From an uncultured Verrucomicrobiales bacterium (GTDB taxonomy: Bacteria > Verrucomicrobiota > Verrucomicrobiia > Verrucomicrobiales > DEV007): 64,000 nucleotides of DNA. The notes beneath the pieces were generated by a model that was not told the DNA's origin, made no database searches, and saw only the letters and a list, made by a program, of their open reading frames with translations. The stretch covers positions 27,683 through 91,682 of the forward strand of contig CAZCRA010000002.1 of the NCBI GenBank assembly GCA_964500945.1, in the 5' to 3' direction. Made by a program: the position numbers and the translations under genes. This document shows positions 61,574-64,000 of this stretch, one piece after another (the first letter of the stretch is position 1; each line of letters starts with the position of its first letter).

Positions 61574-63082
61574 TCACGAAACGAGGGGAACCTCGTCGGT
61601 CGCCACCTCACGGCCCCGATGCATCCCCAGCGGGCTCGTGGACCGGGATGACTTTCCCGCGCTGCGCGTATCCAAAGGTTTGACGTCCTCGGCCCAACCG
61701 ATCCAGCGAGCCACTTCCTTCAGGTCGGGCTGCATCGATTCACTCACCAAACGCTGGCCGGTCGAACTTTCCAGGAACGGGCGAATGTCGGCCAGCATCT
61801 CCTCCGGCTGCGCCACCGCCACGCTGTCCGTGGTCCGGTAACCGGAGAACACAAGAATCTGGGCGTCGTGACCTTTGAGTTCGGGAATCTCCGTCACCAA
61901 CCGGGCTTGGTCCTGCCAATCGCGAACCGTTTCTGCGGTGATGTGGCGGACATTGACCTCCCTCGCGACACTCTCCGGGTCCGCCACGAGAAGATCTCCC
62001 ACGGTCCGGATACCGGCGGGCTCGAGGCGTTCGGTGGTCTTCGGGCCGATGGACGGTGCGCGCTCCACCGAATCGCTGAGCTGTAGCCCACCGCGATGCC
62101 GGGCCGGGGCCGGTTTGGGTGAGGCGTCTTCGATGATCCTCACTGGCGCCGCCGTCGACTCGGCACGCTGCGTGGATTCCTGACGCCGAGCTTCGGCTTT
62201 GTCTCGAATCATGCGGACGTCGGCCGAAAGCGTCTTCTCGACCGATCCAGTGCTGGACCATTCCTTGAACTGCTGAGCGACGACTCTCGCTTCGGCCGCC
62301 GATTCCATGCGTTTCGTGACCCAGGCCACCGGCATGTCGAGCGTTGCGAACAAGCCGCGCAAATCCGGATTGGTTTTCGGAGGCTTCACCCCAGCTTCAT
62401 CGATCGCGCGCTCCAGGATCCGGGCCAGTGCCACGCAGGCAAAGCCGATCATGTGGGCCACGATTTCACGTCCGGTTTCATCGAGACCCTCTTCCGGCTT
62501 CTTCCGTCCCCTGGCGAAGTCGTAGTGCTCGATCAGCGCTTCGTAATAACCGTTGGCCACCTCTGCGCCGGCCATGATCAGTTCCGAGAGCCACTCGGCA
62601 TCGTTGCCCGGAGTGAGCTCCGGAAAACCGATCCGGGTGGCCGTGAGCTCATGAAGTTCGGGGTAAGAGCACGCAATGGACCACTCAACGGCTCGGTGGA
62701 TGTCGGTCTCTTCCTTCGACTGCCCCGTGTGAAACGGCATCAGCGGATCGGTGCAGTAATGACTGAGGACACCCGCGTTATAGGCGGCCAGTGCCCAGTC
62801 GCGCCGCTGAAGGGCTCGGACCGTGCCTGCATACCAGCGCTTTGCCGCCTCGCGAGCCCCTCCCCAGTAACCATCGCGCACATGGAGGACGTGGTTGGTG
62901 AAGTCCTTGAACTGTTTATCCGGATCCTTGGCCCCCTCGAGAAGAGGTTCATAGCGAGTGAGAAAGAGATTCGACCAAGCTTCAGCATCCGGAATCCGGA
63001 GCTGATCGAGGGCATCGAGGATGAGGAAATGGTGAGTGCTGCGACAATAAGCCGCCCGTGTGACGCGCTGGAGAAGACTCAT
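61574..63082 (-). CDS. Fusion of a zinc-dependent phospholipase C/P1-nuclease-like N-domain with a C-terminal DUF4332-like helix-hairpin-helix region
   Basis: The N-terminal part reads STHHFLILDAL...GAKDPDK...FTNHVLHV...LSHYCTDPLMPFHT...IHRAVEW. The C-terminal part reads APSIGPKTTERLEPAGIRTVGDLL...LKGHDAQIL. Confidence 0.55.
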   Translation of the reverse strand: MSLLQRVTRAAYCRSTHHFLILDALDQLRIPDAEAWSNLFLTRYEPLLEGAKDPDKQFKDFTNHVLHVRDGYWGGAREAAKRWYAGTVRALQRRDWALAAYNAGVLSHYCTDPLMPFHTGQSKEETDIHRAVEWSIACSYPELHELTATRIGFPELTPGNDAEWLSELIMAGAEVANGYYEALIEHYDFARGRKKPEEGLDETGREIVAHMIGFACVALARILERAIDEAGVKPPKTNPDLRGLFATLDMPVAWVTKRMESAAEARVVAQQFKEWSSTGSVEKTLSADVRMIRDKAEARRQESTQRAESTAAPVRIIEDASPKPAPARHRGGLQLSDSVERAPSIGPKTTERLEPAGIRTVGDLLVADPESVAREVNVRHITAETVRDWQDQARLVTEIPELKGHDAQILVFSGYRTTDSVAVAQPEEMLADIRPFLESSTGQRLVSESMQPDLKEVARWIGWAEDVKPLDTRSAGKSSRSTSPLGMHRGREVATDEVPLVS

Positions 63083-63123
63083 GGTGGTCGGTTAAGGAAA
63101 GCGAAATTGATATTAAACCTTCC

Positions 63124-64000
63124 CTAACCATACCGTGCTTTTCCCTTCTGCCAAGGGCTTTTTTGAATAGCCGTTAGGACGATCCTCAGTCCCGCCAGAC
63201 GTTTTCCGATTTGCCCCTTCCAATCCCCGGGCGTCCACCATTTTCTCATCGCTTCGAAAAGCGATCCGGCCGTCCCGTGGACGACGGGTGCCAGTTGATC
63301 CAAGCGGTTCTCCACGGCGGTCAGGACCCGCTCCACGGAAGGAGGCGTTCGCCGGGCCACCCACCGGTGCATTGGAGCCAGGCGCCAATGCCCTTGCGTC
63401 CATTCCCGCTCTTCGCGACAAGTCCGGAAGGCGTGCCTCACGAGCCGAATCCGTCGGGGGTCGTCAGCCAACGGTTCAACCCGAAGCGTGGTCGACCCGC
63501 CGCGTTCGAGTCGCTCTGGAAGGTGTTCCATGAGAATGACCGCGTCCAATAGGGCCAGTTCCTGCCGGGCGCCGCTCGAGGGACACAGTTGCGTCCGTGC
63601 GTCGCCTGAGAGAATCAACTCGGGCTCGGACGGGTTGGCACGCTCGAACAGATCGTATCGCTGAGGGCGGCCCAGCGGCGTGGCTTCAAAAGCTCCTGCT
63701 TCCTCCTCCAGCTGGGGCAGGATTTCCCGAAGCACCGCCGTGGCCTGGCCCTCCATCATCGCCCGCTCGAAGCGGTGCCCCGGGGGCCAATAGGTCAGGA
63801 GATCGGCCGAAATTCGTCCCGCGCGGCATGCGGCGGTGAACGAATGCCATCCGAGATCCGAACCCGCGCCGCGAAAGTGCATCACCGGGTAGGGCAAATC
63901 GAACCGCTCGAGCAACCGGATCCTCAGATGGTGGCGCGTGGCGTGCTGCAGAGCCACGACCTGTGCCATCGGCAAACCGTCGATTCCGGTTACGCGCTGG
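63124..64000 (-). CDS. Hypothetical protein; the 5' end probably lies beyond the right edge
   Basis: The track ORF is 63124..63975. My reading of 63976-63999 in the same frame (..QRVTGIDGLPMAQ..) shows no stop, so the gene may start outside the window. I recognise no family. Confidence 0.45.
   Translation of the reverse strand, partial: QRVTGIDGLPMAQVVALQHATRHHLRIRLLERFDLPYPVMHFRGAGSDLGWHSFTAACRAGRISADLLTYWPPGHRFERAMMEGQATAVLREILPQLEEEAGAFEATPLGRPQRYDLFERANPSEPELILSGDARTQLCPSSGARQELALLDAVILMEHLPERLERGGSTTLRVEPLADDPRRIRLVRHAFRTCREEREWTQGHWRLAPMHRWVARRTPPSVERVLTAVENRLDQLAPVVHGTAGSLFEAMRKWWTPGDWKGQIGKRLAGLRIVLTAIQKSPWQKGKARYG

Noticed and set aside
1-64000. A search for CRISPR arrays, long tandem or inverted repeats, IS elements and rRNA genes.
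   Set aside because: Reading through the window, I saw none. The only RNA gene found is tRNA-Asn. A by-eye scan cannot exclude short or degenerate repeats.

Overview
This is a gene-dense, high-GC bacterial chromosomal segment with about 56 protein-coding genes and one tRNA-Asn. I found no rRNA, CRISPR array, transposase, integrase or prophage signature. All family calls come from reading the supplied translations and my own translations, because no searches could be run. Gene content suggests the PVC superphylum, probably Verrucomicrobiota, but that is inference only. The supporting genes are tandem Skp chaperones, a DUF1343/NamZ-like protein, a NahK-like kinase, a TAT-signal Gfo/Idh/MocA oxidoreductase, a CXXCH plus copper-monooxygenase-like protein and a very large secretin. 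Most of the window is housekeeping: lptD (partial and missed by the ORF track), radC, a long-chain prenyl synthase, rlmI, gatCA, nadE, obg, thiD, nrdR, topB, dprA, aroB, mtnA, pilD and cca. Many long ORFs in the track are antisense or alternate-frame shadows typical of high-GC DNA and are rejected. The stand-out is a seven-gene co-directional block at about 11.0-18.8 kb. It joins a GcvH-like lipoyl-carrier protein, an HpnH-like radical-SAM enzyme and two Fe-S/Cys-rich proteins to a DUF116::polyprenyl-synthase fusion, a small prenyltransferase-repeat toroid protein and a squalene-hopene-cyclase-like class II terpene cyclase with a DADD motif. I interpret this as a candidate uncharacterised cyclic-isoprenoid pathway with a redox tailoring module. 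Secondary items are listed below.
- An envelope export block containing a secretin, an AsmA-like protein and two Wza-like proteins.
- Several apparent pseudo-enzymes: an S41-like, an SGNH-like and an ALDH-like protein.
- A prepilin peptidase with a roughly 100-aa insertion.
- Putative tandem NrdR boxes upstream of nrdR.
- Frequent ATGA start/stop overlaps joining functionally unrelated genes.
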